This document shows, piece by piece, positions 1 to 9,868 of a stretch of DNA of 64,000 bases. The stretch's first letter is position 1; every line of letters begins with the position of its first letter. Origin of the DNA: Candidatus Eiseniibacteriota bacterium (GTDB taxonomy: Bacteria; Arandabacterota; Arandabacteria; Arandabacterales; Arandabacteraceae); assembly GCA_043810925.1 (NCBI GenBank), contig JBDRNT010000036.1:1-64000 (forward strand), written 5' to 3'. A program made the position numbers and the translations under genes. The notes beneath the pieces are model-generated. The model did not search any database, was not told the origin of the DNA, and saw nothing but the letters and a program-made list of their open reading frames with translations.

Positions 1-939
1 CTGGCGGGCCAGACCACCGGAAACACGCCAGTCGTTGTCATGAGTAGGCGTTATGGCTGCGGCGGGGTGTGCGATACAATTCTGATGACTGACATCAGCC
101 GTGGGAACGGCAACGTAGGCGCACTTGGGAAACGGGTACGGTCCGAACGCGGTCGCATAGACATCCAGCATCGCCGGAACGTTCTCAAAATGGACCGCGG
201 CAACCTCAAGGTGCCGCGGGTAAACCAGGTAGCTGAGCCAGTCATAGGTTGAATCGATCACTTCGGCGTACTTCCCGGCGCTAACGCTCATGAGACACGG
301 GGCAACCGGGTAGTTCTCAACCCAGTGAAAGAGGGTGGTGTTGGCAAGTGTGTCTATCTCAGTGCCGACAAGAAGACCGTTACATATGACCTTCTGTCCC
401 GTTCCAGGCACGGTGATGTGGTATTCAGCCGTTGCCTTGTCGCACAAGCCGTCCCGACACGGGATCCAGTACTTCGCCATCGCTGGAGGATCTGAGGCGA
501 GATCGAATCCCACCTGGAAGGCCCGCTTGGGCACTCCTTCGAAATAGAAGCCTCCCATTGCGTCCGAGTCGATGTGTCCGGGATGGCCTCCGTAGAAGAT
601 CTCAACCTCGAAGGTGTCGCCGGGTTCGTAGATGCGGGACAGATCGATGGCAAGTACAGGATCGTCATGGAAATAGGCGAGAGACGTCCCCTCACTCAGC
701 ACAGAGTCCACTGTGAGCTCAGCAAAGTCCAGCGCTATCGAATCCAGGCCCGGTTCCACGCAGGTTGCACGCAGAACTGCGTTTCCGGAAATCAGCTCGG
801 CCTCGATCTGTATGGTAAGAGTAACATTGTAATGGGTTACATCGAACGAGTGAGGACACTCCTGAGCTCGGCCGGTGTCGGAGAAAGTCGCAAGCAACAC
901 AAGCGCCGCTGCCAGCGCTGTCCGCAAAGGTGCTCGCAT
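1..939 (-). CDS. Secreted M1-family (aminopeptidase N-like) homolog with degenerate catalytic motifs; 3' end runs off the window
   Basis: Absent from the ORF track; translated by hand. ATG at 939 with GGAGGT RBS and signal peptide MRAPLRTALAAALVLLATF. M1 N-terminal motifs FDVTHYNVTL, WIPCRD..DKAT and FGPYPFPK are present. The GxMEN/HExxH positions read ADVSHQN and GGLARQ. Confidence 0.85.
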   Translation of the reverse strand, partial: MRAPLRTALAAALVLLATFSDTGRAQECPHSFDVTHYNVTLTIQIEAELISGNAVLRATCVEPGLDSIALDFAELTVDSVLSEGTSLAYFHDDPVLAIDLSRIYEPGDTFEVEIFYGGHPGHIDSDAMGGFYFEGVPKRAFQVGFDLASDPPAMAKYWIPCRDGLCDKATAEYHITVPGTGQKVICNGLLVGTEIDTLANTTLFHWVENYPVAPCLMSVSAGKYAEVIDSTYDWLSYLVYPRHLEVAAVHFENVPAMLDVYATAFGPYPFPKCAYVAVPTADVSHQNCIAHPAAAITPTHDNDWRVSGGLARQ

Positions 940-1110
940 CTTCCATACCTCCATCGAGACAAACATCTTGAATCCACAGGGGGGGAAACTGCAAGACCGT
1001 CGTCTATGTAGTGACTCTACCCAACTTCGCCGGTAGTGTTTAGGTGTTAATTTCGGGGGTAAGTCCGGCTTCTTGCGACCGAGATCTGTCCGCTGCTCGT
1101 GAAGTAGTGG

Positions 1111-1139
1111 TTGAAACCTACCGGCTGAAGTTTCATTAT
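1111..1139 (+). promoter_or_regulatory. Sigma70-like promoter of the ABC operon
   Basis: TTGAAA-N17-CATTAT upstream of the RBS at about 1161-1169. Confidence 0.45.
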
Positions 1140-1177
1140 GGGGAAAACTTCGGTGTCACAGGAGGGAGGCATTTATC

Positions 1178-2467
1178 ATGATAAGAAATGTGAGGGTTTT
1201 GAGCACGGTCCTCTTGGGACTATTGCTTCTGACATCGACCTGCGCAAGAGACGCCGGCGAGGTGACCTTGATGATAGGCGGCGCTCCGGCTGAGCTCGAC
1301 TACTGGGAAGAGATCGCATCCGAGTTCACCCAGGAGACGGGTATCGCCGTCGACATAATGAGACAGCCCACGGATACGGACCAGCGAAGGCAGAGCCTGC
1401 TTGTGCCGCTTAAGGCAGGGGAGGACGACCCGGATGTGTTCTTGATGGATATCATATGGATCGGGCAGTTTGCTGCCTCGGGCTGGCTTGAGCCGCTTGA
1501 CGGACGCATGACTCGTGACGGTTTAGATGCCGACCTGTTCTTCGGCGGCATCGTCGAATTCGCGGACAGGTTCGAAGGGGAGACTGTCGCACTTCCGGTC
1601 TACATAGATGCGGGCTTGCTTTACTACCGGACCGATCTCCTGGAGAAGTACGGCTACAATGCGCCACCCGAGACCTGGGAAGACCTGGTCGAAATATCGA
1701 CAGCGATACAGACCGGGGAGCGAAAAGCCAATCCCGATTTCTGGGGATTTGTCTGGCAGGGGGCCCAGTATGAGGGTTTGATCTGTAACTTCCTTGAGTT
1801 TGCGCTTTCCAACGGCGGGAGCCTCATAGACCACGATGGGCGTCTCACGCTTGAACGCGCCGAGAACGTGGAGGCTCTCACCTTCATGCGAGACCTGATC
1901 ACAACCTACGCCGTATCTCCACCCAACACCTATACCGAGATGAAGGAGGAGGAAGTCCGGAGCCTCTTTGAGAGCGGCAATGCTGTCTTTGAGCGAAACT
2001 GGCCGTATGCATGGGGGCTTCATCAGGCAGAGGGATCCAATGTCAGGGGCAAGGTCGGGATCGCGCTCCTTCCCCGCTTTGAGGGCGGCAGGCACGTTGC
2101 CGCGCTCGGTGGCTGGCATGTGGGGATCTCGCGCTCGAGTAACATCAAGGATAGTGCGTGGGAGTTGGTCAAGTTCATAGTGTCCAAGAAGTCGCAGCTG
2201 GGTTTTGCGCTGGAGCTTGGCTGGAACCCGGCACGGCAGGACGTATACAATACCGAAGATATAGCGCGGAATGTCCCGCACCTTGTTAGTCTCAAGAAAG
2301 TGTTTGAGACCGCCTCAGCCCGACCGAATCTCCCGTACTACAGCCTGCTCTCACGAGCGCTTCAGCAGAAAGCCAATGCGGCACTGTCCGGTATCATGTC
2401 ACCGGAAGAGGCCCTGATGGAAGCTCAGAAGGAAGGCCTGGATATCGTAGCGACATATGGGGAGTAG
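1178..2467 (+). CDS. Carbohydrate ABC transporter substrate-binding lipoprotein (trehalose/maltose-type)
   Basis: Signal peptide ending in Cys; PDVFLMDIIWIGQFA, LLYYRTDLL, YEGL and FERNWPY motifs typical of SBP family 1. Confidence 0.9.
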   Translation: MIRNVRVLSTVLLGLLLLTSTCARDAGEVTLMIGGAPAELDYWEEIASEFTQETGIAVDIMRQPTDTDQRRQSLLVPLKAGEDDPDVFLMDIIWIGQFAASGWLEPLDGRMTRDGLDADLFFGGIVEFADRFEGETVALPVYIDAGLLYYRTDLLEKYGYNAPPETWEDLVEISTAIQTGERKANPDFWGFVWQGAQYEGLICNFLEFALSNGGSLIDHDGRLTLERAENVEALTFMRDLITTYAVSPPNTYTEMKEEEVRSLFESGNAVFERNWPYAWGLHQAEGSNVRGKVGIALLPRFEGGRHVAALGGWHVGISRSSNIKDSAWELVKFIVSKKSQLGFALELGWNPARQDVYNTEDIARNVPHLVSLKKVFETASARPNLPYYSLLSRALQQKANAALSGIMSPEEALMEAQKEGLDIVATYGE

Positions 2468-2496
2468 GGTGAACGCAAGAGAGGGAGGCCGGTCCC

Positions 2497-3375
2497 GTGC
2501 GTAGGGGCAAACAGGAGCTGGGCACCGCCTACGCTTTCGTGATGCCGCTTGTGGCCGTGATCCTCCTGTTTGTCGTCATTCCTGTCGTGGGTACGTTCTG
2601 GACAAGCCTCTTCCGTGATGTCACGTACCTGCCTGCGAAGTTCGTCAATATAGCAAACTACCGGAGGCTCCTGGCCGACCCCAACTTCTGGCGCTCCTTA
2701 AGGTTCACAGTCCTCTTCCTGGCGACCTCGGTCCCGATCGAGATGGTGCTTGGTATCATCTTCGCCCTCATCCTTAACGAGCGGCTCAAGTTCCGTAACG
2801 CCCTGAGGGCCACGGTGCTGATTCCCTGGGCCGTCCCCACCATAGTGGCGGCACGTACATGGGAGCTCATTTACAACTATGCCTACGGCCTTGCCAACTA
2901 TATCGTGGGTCTCCTCCATCTCTCAGAGACTCCCATAAACTGGCTGGGTAGCCCGGCGAGCGCCTTTTTCGCCCTTGTTTTGGCGGACGTATGGAAGACA
3001 ACTCCTTTTGTAGCAATCATCTTGCTTGCCGGTCTTCAGACAATACCTGAGGAGATCTATGAGCAGGCCAAGGTGGACGGGACGGTCTTCTACCAGAGGT
3101 TCTTTAAGCTCACACTTCCCATGCTCAAGCCCGTTATTGCCGTTGCCCTCATCTTCAGGAGCATAGACACGGTACGAATTCTCGATCTCATATACGTTGT
3201 AACAGACGGCGGACCCGGTGGCTCGACTACGTCGCTTTCGCTCTATGGGTACAAGTTCTTCAACGAGGGGGATTTCGGCTACGGCGCCGCAATTGCAGTC
3301 GTCGTCTTTATCATAGCTTTCTTGCTTTCGATATCATACCTTAAGGCAACAGGCTTCGCGAAGGCGATCCGATGA
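2497..3375 (+). CDS. Carbohydrate ABC transporter permease (MalF-like)
   Basis: Several TM helices, WKTTPF and EAA-like loop EQAKVDG; follows the SBP. Confidence 0.9.
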   Translation: MRRGKQELGTAYAFVMPLVAVILLFVVIPVVGTFWTSLFRDVTYLPAKFVNIANYRRLLADPNFWRSLRFTVLFLATSVPIEMVLGIIFALILNERLKFRNALRATVLIPWAVPTIVAARTWELIYNYAYGLANYIVGLLHLSETPINWLGSPASAFFALVLADVWKTTPFVAIILLAGLQTIPEEIYEQAKVDGTVFYQRFFKLTLPMLKPVIAVALIFRSIDTVRILDLIYVVTDGGPGGSTTSLSLYGYKFFNEGDFGYGAAIAVVVFIIAFLLSISYLKATGFAKAIR

Positions 3376-4202
3376 ACGAGGACAGAGTCAAACGGGTACT
3401 GCTCGTAGCCGGCATCATCTTCATGCTTGTCTTTTGTATCGCGCCATTTGTGTGGATGCTGGCCGTCTCCTTGAGCACGAACCCGGACTTTCTGGGTAGC
3501 GGCGTTGACTTCGCGCTCTCACTTAAAAACTACGTGGATGTGCTCACGGACAGATCGCTTCACTTCCTCGACTACCTGAGAAACAGTCTCTTGATAAGCG
3601 GGACAGTCGCGGTGACCTGCGCGATGATTGCCGCTCTCGGTGCCTATTCGATCTCGAGGATCGAGTTCAGGGGGAGGTTTGTGCTCTCTCTTGCGGTGCT
3701 GGCCTTTTCCATGTTTCCGCAGATAAGCCTCATAGGCTATCTCTACAAGTTCATGCGTTCAACGGGTCTCATAAACACCTACCCGGCGCTCGTACTTCCC
3801 TATATCGCCTGGACGACCCCGCTTGCGTTCTGGATTCTCTTAAGCTACATAATCCGTATCCCCAAGGCCTTCGATGACGCGGCCCGGGCCGACGGAGCAG
3901 GTAGATTCCTCATCTTCAGAAAGATCATTATGCCGGTTGCGGCGCCGGGGCTTCTCTCTGCGGTCCTCCTGGTCTTCATAGCGGCCTTTAACGAGTTCCT
4001 CTTTGCCCTGATGCTCACCACCGATCACGCCTCGCGGACCATACCCGTGGGGATCGCACTCTTCGAGGGCCTGCATGGCGAGATACCGTGGGGATACATA
4101 ATGGCGGCATCGGCCATCGCGAGTATACCGCTCGTCGTGCTCTCCACGCTCTTCCAGCGGTATGTGATCCAGGATGTGACCCGCGGCGCCCTCAAGGGCT
4201 GA
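3372..4202 (+). CDS. Carbohydrate ABC transporter permease (MalG-like)
   Basis: DDAARADGA EAA loop, FNEFLFAL and C-terminal GALKG; ATGA overlap with the upstream permease. Confidence 0.9.
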   Translation: MNEDRVKRVLLVAGIIFMLVFCIAPFVWMLAVSLSTNPDFLGSGVDFALSLKNYVDVLTDRSLHFLDYLRNSLLISGTVAVTCAMIAALGAYSISRIEFRGRFVLSLAVLAFSMFPQISLIGYLYKFMRSTGLINTYPALVLPYIAWTTPLAFWILLSYIIRIPKAFDDAARADGAGRFLIFRKIIMPVAAPGLLSAVLLVFIAAFNEFLFALMLTTDHASRTIPVGIALFEGLHGEIPWGYIMAASAIASIPLVVLSTLFQRYVIQDVTRGALKG

Positions 4203-4268
4203 GTTTCCAACTTTGAAACGGCAGGTGGGGAGGTTATATTGATCTCGGACTTGTGAGGCCCACGGTGC

Positions 4269-5186
4269 TTGTGGGTGTTCGGACAGTCGACCGGTAGCAG
4301 GTCGGCCGGCAAAGGCGGTGAGAGGCTGCTTTACTACGGTTACATCCTGGCGAGGATTGCAGGCGCAATGCTGCCCTTGCGCATATCCTACCGGATCGCC
4401 GAACGCGTGGCGGATATCTGGTATGCCTTGAGTCCACGTACACGGGAGAACCTCAAGTACAACCTGAACCTGGTCCCCGGCACCAAAGGAGACGAGGCCG
4501 CAATCACAAAAACCTCCCGGGCGATAATGAGAAACTTCGCTCGTATGGTGACCGAATTCCTCTATCTACCGAGGCTTAAAGCCGTCGACCTTGAACGTCT
4601 TGTCGACGTGGAGAGTTTCACGAGGCTTAAGGCGATGCTCCGGAGCGGCAGCGCCATCTTCGTCACGGCACACATGGGTAACTGGGAACTCGGTGCTGCG
4701 ATGGTTGCCATGATGGGCATAGATCTCAATGTCGTCGTGTACGATCACCCCGACCCCCGGATAGCCCGGCTCTTCCGGGAGCGGAGGGAGGCAAAGGGAC
4801 TCAAGGTGATGTCGGTCAAGGAAGCGGCGCGGCACATGCGGTCTCTGACGGAACACTCATCCGTCGGCATCGTCGCTGACAGGGACTTTACCGGCCAGGG
4901 CACCGAGGTGGATCTCTTCGGCGTGAAGGCAACCGTACCCGACGGTTACGCGGCACATGCCGTGACCCACGGCATACCCGTGATCGCCGGTTTCTGCATA
5001 AGGAAAGACGACGGCAAGTATCACCTGGTCCTCGAGGAACCGCTTTTCATCCCCGGCCGGAGCGATGTGACCGCTGCTGAGGTCGTCACGCGTTTCACGA
5101 GGCTGCTGGAGAAATGTGTGGAGGAACACACCGAACAGTGGTACTTTTTCCAGAGAGTCGGTGAGAAGGGAAAGCCCTTTGCTTGA
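4269..5186 (+). CDS. Lysophospholipid/lipid A-type acyltransferase (LpxL/PatA-like)
   Basis: HMGNWE acyltransferase motif, VADRD and C-terminal EQWYFFQ. The true start may be CTG at 4326. Confidence 0.85.
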   Translation: MWVFGQSTGSRSAGKGGERLLYYGYILARIAGAMLPLRISYRIAERVADIWYALSPRTRENLKYNLNLVPGTKGDEAAITKTSRAIMRNFARMVTEFLYLPRLKAVDLERLVDVESFTRLKAMLRSGSAIFVTAHMGNWELGAAMVAMMGIDLNVVVYDHPDPRIARLFRERREAKGLKVMSVKEAARHMRSLTEHSSVGIVADRDFTGQGTEVDLFGVKATVPDGYAAHAVTHGIPVIAGFCIRKDDGKYHLVLEEPLFIPGRSDVTAAEVVTRFTRLLEKCVEEHTEQWYFFQRVGEKGKPFA

Positions 5187-5197
5187 AAGAGGAGTCC

Positions 5198-5938
5198 ATG
5201 CCTGAAGCGCCTCCGGCAACGCTCGATGAGGCCTACAGCCAGACAGTAGTCTTGATACCTGCCTACAACGCCGCTCAGACGGTGGGACGTGTTGTCGAGG
5301 AGGTACGGGGCGTCAGCGCCGGCCTGACCACAATCGTCGTGGATGACGGCTCGGAGGATGCAACAGCACGGGTGGCGCTCGAAGCCGGCGCGGTGGTGCT
5401 TAAGCATCTCCAGAACATGGGGAAAGGCGCTGCACTCAGAACCGGTTTCAAGGAATTTCTCGGTCGCGATAAGAAGGCGGTGATCACGCTTGATGCCGAC
5501 GGCCAGCATTCACCGCAAGAGATACCGAAGCTTCTTGAGTGCTGGCTAAAGGACAATTCGGACATCGTCATAGGAACGCGGAAGCGTGATCTCAAACAAA
5601 TGCCGATTTTAAGGATTTTCACCAATACGGTGAGCACCTGGCTTGTCTCACTCTCGGCGGGAAGACGCATACCTGATTCCCAGTCCGGTTACAGGCTCCT
5701 GACACGGCAGGTGATCGACACGGTGAAGACCACGTCGCGCGGATATGGAGCCGAAAGCGAGATCCTCATAAAGGCAGCTGCAAAGGGGCTTAGCATCGGT
5801 TCAGCTCCGATCTCAACGATCTATGAAGACGAGAAAAGCTATATACATCCTCTCAAGCAACCATTACTATTCATAGGATTGATCATCAAGAGCGTTTTCT
5901 GGAGGTTCGGAAGCGGTGGCGGACAGCAACAAAAGTGA
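5198..5938 (+). CDS. Glycosyltransferase family 2 (DPM1-like)
   Basis: LIPAYN, VVDDGS, NMGKG, DADGQH and DSQSGYR motifs; ATG 5198 follows a GAGGAG RBS. Confidence 0.9.
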   Translation: MPEAPPATLDEAYSQTVVLIPAYNAAQTVGRVVEEVRGVSAGLTTIVVDDGSEDATARVALEAGAVVLKHLQNMGKGAALRTGFKEFLGRDKKAVITLDADGQHSPQEIPKLLECWLKDNSDIVIGTRKRDLKQMPILRIFTNTVSTWLVSLSAGRRIPDSQSGYRLLTRQVIDTVKTTSRGYGAESEILIKAAAKGLSIGSAPISTIYEDEKSYIHPLKQPLLFIGLIIKSVFWRFGSGGGQQQK

Positions 5939-6686
5939 CGTGAACATTCTTCTTACCAACGATGACGGGGTCCAGGCGGAGGGACTCCGCAGGCTTCGTG
6001 ATGCAGTGTCCCCGCTTGGAAGAGTAGTGATCGTAGCCCCCGAGAGGCAACAGAGCGGCTCGAGCCATGCCCTCACACTCAACGATCCTCTCAGGATGGA
6101 TTGCATTGAACCGGATGTGATCGCGGTAGATGGGACACCTACGGATTGTGTTCTGCTCGCCATGCGAGGTCTTCTTGACAAGCGCCCGGATATCCTGATA
6201 TCGGGAATCAATCACGGCCCAAACATGGGTGATGATGTCACTTATTCCGGGACAGTGGCCGCTGCTTTTGAGGGCACCCTTCTGGGGCTACCGTCCGTGG
6301 CAATCTCAGTGTGCTCGTGGAAGAAGTGCCAGTTCGATGCCGCCGCGAGATTCGCCCTTAAGATCGCGCAGGAAGTGCTGGCCCACGGTCTTCCCAACGG
6401 CACGCTTCTTAACGTGAATGTTCCTTCGATGGCTTCCGATAAGATAAAGGGTGTCAAGATAACAAAGCTTGGAAAGCGGATCTACCGCGATGATGTAGTC
6501 AAGAAGCAAGACCCCCGGGGAAAGGACTATTACTGGATCGCCGGCAAGCCTCCGATCTGGTGCGCCGGGGAAGAGACCGACTTCGATGCCACCGAGGATG
6601 ACATGGTTTCTGTTACACCGCTTCACCTTGATATGACGGACTATAAGTCACTTGACGAACTTAGGTCGTGGGACCTGACCTTCTGA
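5916..6686 (+). CDS. surE: 5'/3'-nucleotidase SurE
   Basis: ILLTNDDG, GTPTDCV, SGINHGPN, YSGTVAAA and SVTPL motifs. Confidence 0.97.
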   Translation: MADSNKSDVNILLTNDDGVQAEGLRRLRDAVSPLGRVVIVAPERQQSGSSHALTLNDPLRMDCIEPDVIAVDGTPTDCVLLAMRGLLDKRPDILISGINHGPNMGDDVTYSGTVAAAFEGTLLGLPSVAISVCSWKKCQFDAAARFALKIAQEVLAHGLPNGTLLNVNVPSMASDKIKGVKITKLGKRIYRDDVVKKQDPRGKDYYWIAGKPPIWCAGEETDFDATEDDMVSVTPLHLDMTDYKSLDELRSWDLTF

Positions 6687-6690
6687 GGTA

Positions 6691-7188
6691 TTGATGAGTG
6701 ATCCTTCATGGTTTGCGAGCCTTCCAAAGGAGCTCGTGATTTTCGTCATGGCGATGCTCCCGATACTGGAGCTTCGCGGGGCGATCCCGTGGGCGTTCAA
6801 GTTCGCCTCTGATCTCCCGCTTGCGACCATATACCTCACGGCGGTGCTGGGTAACTTCGTGCCGGTGATCCCCATTCTGCTTTTGCTCGAACCGGTATCT
6901 AGGTTCTTGCGTAAGGCTCCGATATTTGACAGATTCTTTACATGGCTCTTCGCCAGAACGAGACGGCGCGGGAAGCTGGTTGAGAAGTACGAGGCGATCG
7001 GTCTTACGCTCTTTGTGGCGATTCCGCTTCCCGTTACCGGCGCATGGACAGGGGCCGTGGCGGCATTCGTCTTCGGCGTACGCACGAGATGGGCAGCCGT
7101 CTGTATAGCACTTGGCGTATTGATCGCCGGTGGTGTGGTCACACTCGCATCCAAGGGTGTGATCTCCATCTGGCATCTTGCAACATAG
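6691..7188 (+). CDS. Putative small multidrug export membrane protein (COG2426-like)
   Basis: PILELRGAIP and FVAIPLPVTGAWTG motifs; hydrophobic. Confidence 0.85.
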   Translation: MMSDPSWFASLPKELVIFVMAMLPILELRGAIPWAFKFASDLPLATIYLTAVLGNFVPVIPILLLLEPVSRFLRKAPIFDRFFTWLFARTRRRGKLVEKYEAIGLTLFVAIPLPVTGAWTGAVAAFVFGVRTRWAAVCIALGVLIAGGVVTLASKGVISIWHLAT

Positions 7189-7194
7189 ATCTGG

Positions 7195-7272
<78 letters not shown>

Positions 7273-7281
7273 GACTTTCCA

Positions 7282-8136
7282 GTGGAGGAGGCTCTCCTGA
7301 AATCCATTTTCTCTGTCGACGTTGAGGACTGGTTTCACATCCTGGATGTGCCCGGCGCCCCGCCGCTCTCCAGGTGGAGCAGCCAGGAGTCCCGCGTAGA
7401 GAAGAACTTCGTGAAGCTGCTCGACCTCTTCGATGAGAAGAGTGTGCGGGTCACATGCTTCTTCCTTGGCTGGGTGGCCGAGAAGCACCCGGGCCTCGTA
7501 ACGGAGGCATCGAGGAGGGGACATGAGGTAGCATCCCACGGCTATTCCCACAAACTGGTCTATGAAATGTCCGCGGGGGAGTTCCTCGAGGATGTGACGA
7601 GAGCTAAGAAGTGCCTCGAAGACATTGCCGGATGCCCCGTGCTTGGATACAGGTCCGCAGGTTTCTCGACAACGGAAGAAACCCCATGGCTTTTCGATAA
7701 GCTGATCGAGGCCGGGTACCAGTATGACTCATCCGTCTTCCCTGCACCGAGGGGACACGGAGGGATAAAGACCGGAGCCCGGGCGCCCCACGTTGTTGGT
7801 GGACAAGCCGGGCAGATTATGGAATTCCCCATTTCGGTGATCACTGTCCTCGGTAGACCCATCTGCTTTTTCGGAGGGGGTTATCTCCGGTTCTTCCCCT
7901 ACCCGGTCATCAGACGCATGGCGTCAAAGGTGCTCAAGGAGGGACGGCCGGTTGTCTTCTATATCCATCCAAGAGAGGTCGATCCGTATCACCCGCGCCT
8001 GCCAATGCCCGCCTGGAGACGATTCAAGTCCTACATGAACATGGGGACGGTCGAGTCGAAGATTACGAGTCTCCTGGGCGAATTCGAGATCACCACCTTC
8101 CGGGATTTCATCAAAGAGAACCCAGATCTGATATGA
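7282..8136 (+). CDS. Polysaccharide deacetylase (PEP-CTERM/XrtA-associated type, DUF3473-like C-terminus)
   Basis: SVDVEDWF, HEVASHGYSH, YDSS, GGGYLR and YIHPRE motifs. Confidence 0.9.
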   Translation: MEEALLKSIFSVDVEDWFHILDVPGAPPLSRWSSQESRVEKNFVKLLDLFDEKSVRVTCFFLGWVAEKHPGLVTEASRRGHEVASHGYSHKLVYEMSAGEFLEDVTRAKKCLEDIAGCPVLGYRSAGFSTTEETPWLFDKLIEAGYQYDSSVFPAPRGHGGIKTGARAPHVVGGQAGQIMEFPISVITVLGRPICFFGGGYLRFFPYPVIRRMASKVLKEGRPVVFYIHPREVDPYHPRLPMPAWRRFKSYMNMGTVESKITSLLGEFEITTFRDFIKENPDLI

Positions 8137-8230
8137 TGTGTACGCTTTCGCCAGGTCATCGCGAGGGTTTCATAATTAAGTATGGTGTCCCCGAAACTAA
8201 TAATGTAGAATCCTCATGTGGAGATAGACA

Positions 8231-8677
8231 ATGCATAAAATGATCGGCGTGATTGGAGGGGCGGAAGCATCGCCTGACATCCTGATGCTTGCCGAAAGCG
8301 TGGGACGTTTGATCGCCAGGACGGGCAACATCCTTGTCTGCGGCGGGCTCGGCGGTGTCATGGAGGCAGCCGCGAGGGGTGCGAAGAGCGAGGGTGGCAC
8401 GACCGTCGGCATACTGCCCGGACCTACCGGTGCAGAGGCAAATCGCAACATCGATATTGCAATAGCGACCAATATGGGCCATGCGAGAAATGCAATCATT
8501 GCCCATACGTGCGATTCCCTGATTGCCGTCGGTGGCAGGTACGGGACGCTCTCGGAAATCGGGTTCGGCCTGGCACTCGGTAAGAAGGTAATCGGTCTGA
8601 GATCATGGGATTGCGATCCGGGCATCATACCGGCCAGGGATCCGGAAGACGCAATAGAGAAGGCGGCCGGCACATAG
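8231..8677 (+). CDS. LOG-like Rossmann-fold nucleotide-binding protein (TIGR00725-type)
   Basis: CGGLGGVMEAA, ARN and GGRYGTLSEI motifs. Confidence 0.88.
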   Translation: MHKMIGVIGGAEASPDILMLAESVGRLIARTGNILVCGGLGGVMEAAARGAKSEGGTTVGILPGPTGAEANRNIDIAIATNMGHARNAIIAHTCDSLIAVGGRYGTLSEIGFGLALGKKVIGLRSWDCDPGIIPARDPEDAIEKAAGT

Positions 8678-8692
8678 CCCTGAGCTATTGAC

Positions 8693-8974
8693 ATGGGGGA
8701 GATCGTAAGAGTACGCGTGAGGGTAAGCGGTGTAGTTCAGGGAGTGGGCTTCAGATACTTCGCACGAAAGGCCGGCACCTCATTCGGGCTGGCCGGGTCT
8801 GTGAAGAACCTTCCTGATGGGTCGGTCGAAGTCGTTGCCCAGGGGGAAGAGCAGGCTGTTCACGGGTTTCTGAGCGAGCTTAAGGTAGGCCCGCGTTATG
8901 CAAGTATTGAAAGAGTCGACATCCGCTGGGAGAAGCCTGAAAACGATTTCAGAGGCTTTGACTATGCATTCTGA
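8693..8974 (+). CDS. acyP: Acylphosphatase
   Basis: GVVQGVGFR and VKNLPDGSVE motifs. Confidence 0.95.
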   Translation: MGEIVRVRVRVSGVVQGVGFRYFARKAGTSFGLAGSVKNLPDGSVEVVAQGEEQAVHGFLSELKVGPRYASIERVDIRWEKPENDFRGFDYAF

Positions 8975-9006
8975 TGCAACGAGGTTCTGCGAAAGGAGGA
9001 TCAAGA

Positions 9007-9528
9007 TTGCCGGCTGATCTAAGAGAACTGATAAGGAGCATTCCGGATTTTCCCAAGCAGGGCATACTGTTTCGAGACATAACTACCCTGCTCAAGGACG
9101 GTGGGGGCTTCAGGCAGGCGATAGACACGATGGCATCCCACTACAAAGACACACAGATAGACAAGATCGTATGCATCGAGGCAAGGGGATTCCTGCTTGG
9201 CGGGGTACTTGCATACCAGATGGGATGCGGTGTTGTACCTGTACGTAAGCCCGGCAAGCTACCGTCAAAGACCGTCAAGCAGACCTATGAGCTCGAGTAC
9301 GGCACAGACGCGGTGGAGGTGCACGAGGATGCGATTCAGCAGGGGGACAGGGTGCTCCTGGTGGATGACCTCCTGGCCACCGGTGGTACCGCACGGGCAG
9401 CGGTGGACCTCGTTGAGAAGCTGGGTGGCGAGATAGTGAGTTGCGGATTCTTGATAGAACTTGCCGATCTTAACGGCAGAAAACTACTTGACAATCACGA
9501 CGTTTATTCCGTCATTACTTATGATTAA
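9007..9528 (+). CDS. apt: Adenine phosphoribosyltransferase
   Basis: PDFPKQGILFRDI, EARGF, YELEYG and VDDLLATGGT motifs; TTG start after AAAGGAGGA. Confidence 0.97.
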   Translation: MPADLRELIRSIPDFPKQGILFRDITTLLKDGGGFRQAIDTMASHYKDTQIDKIVCIEARGFLLGGVLAYQMGCGVVPVRKPGKLPSKTVKQTYELEYGTDAVEVHEDAIQQGDRVLLVDDLLATGGTARAAVDLVEKLGGEIVSCGFLIELADLNGRKLLDNHDVYSVITYD

Positions 9529-9533
9529 GGGGT

Positions 9534-9611
9534 GCCCCCGTAGCTCAGTTTGGACAGAGCAACGGTTTCCTAAACCGTGTGCCGCAAGTTCGAGTCTTGC
9601 CGGGGGCACCA
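9534..9611 (+). tRNA. tRNA-Arg (anticodon CCT)
   Basis: Acceptor stem GCCCCCG/CGGGGGC, anticodon arm ACGGT-TTCCTAA-ACCGT, GTTCGAGTC T-loop, encoded CCA. Confidence 0.95.
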
Positions 9612-9630
9612 AGTTTTATGGAGGCCTGTA

Positions 9631-9852
9631 GTGGAATCCAGGCAGATTGCCGACCTCGTCCGTGGTGCGATCTTGCTGGCAATAGCGGTGCTTATGGTAG
9701 TTCTGCTTGTGAGGCTCTACCAGGCCCTCCCGAGGATGGGTATTTCGGTCAAGCAGGTGTATTATTTTCCGATAGCTATTATAGCCGCGGTATGCTGGCT
9801 TGCCTACCGAGGGGTGAGAACCATTCTGGCGGCCTTCAGGAACACAGGATAA
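9631..9852 (+). CDS. Small two-TM membrane protein, unknown function
   Basis: GTG start after GGAGG; two hydrophobic helices; lies directly upstream of the GGDEF gene. Confidence 0.65.
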   Translation: MESRQIADLVRGAILLAIAVLMVVLLVRLYQALPRMGISVKQVYYFPIAIIAAVCWLAYRGVRTILAAFRNTG

Positions 9853-9868
9853 GGGGTCCAGTGCACTT

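Noticed and set aside
40-1011. Short ORF-track entries in 1-1011 and long antisense ORFs elsewhere (e.g. 6706-7551, 40941-41771, 42580-43455, 52283-53095)
   Set aside because: They are shadow frames of well-supported genes in GC-rich DNA and show no recognisable motifs.
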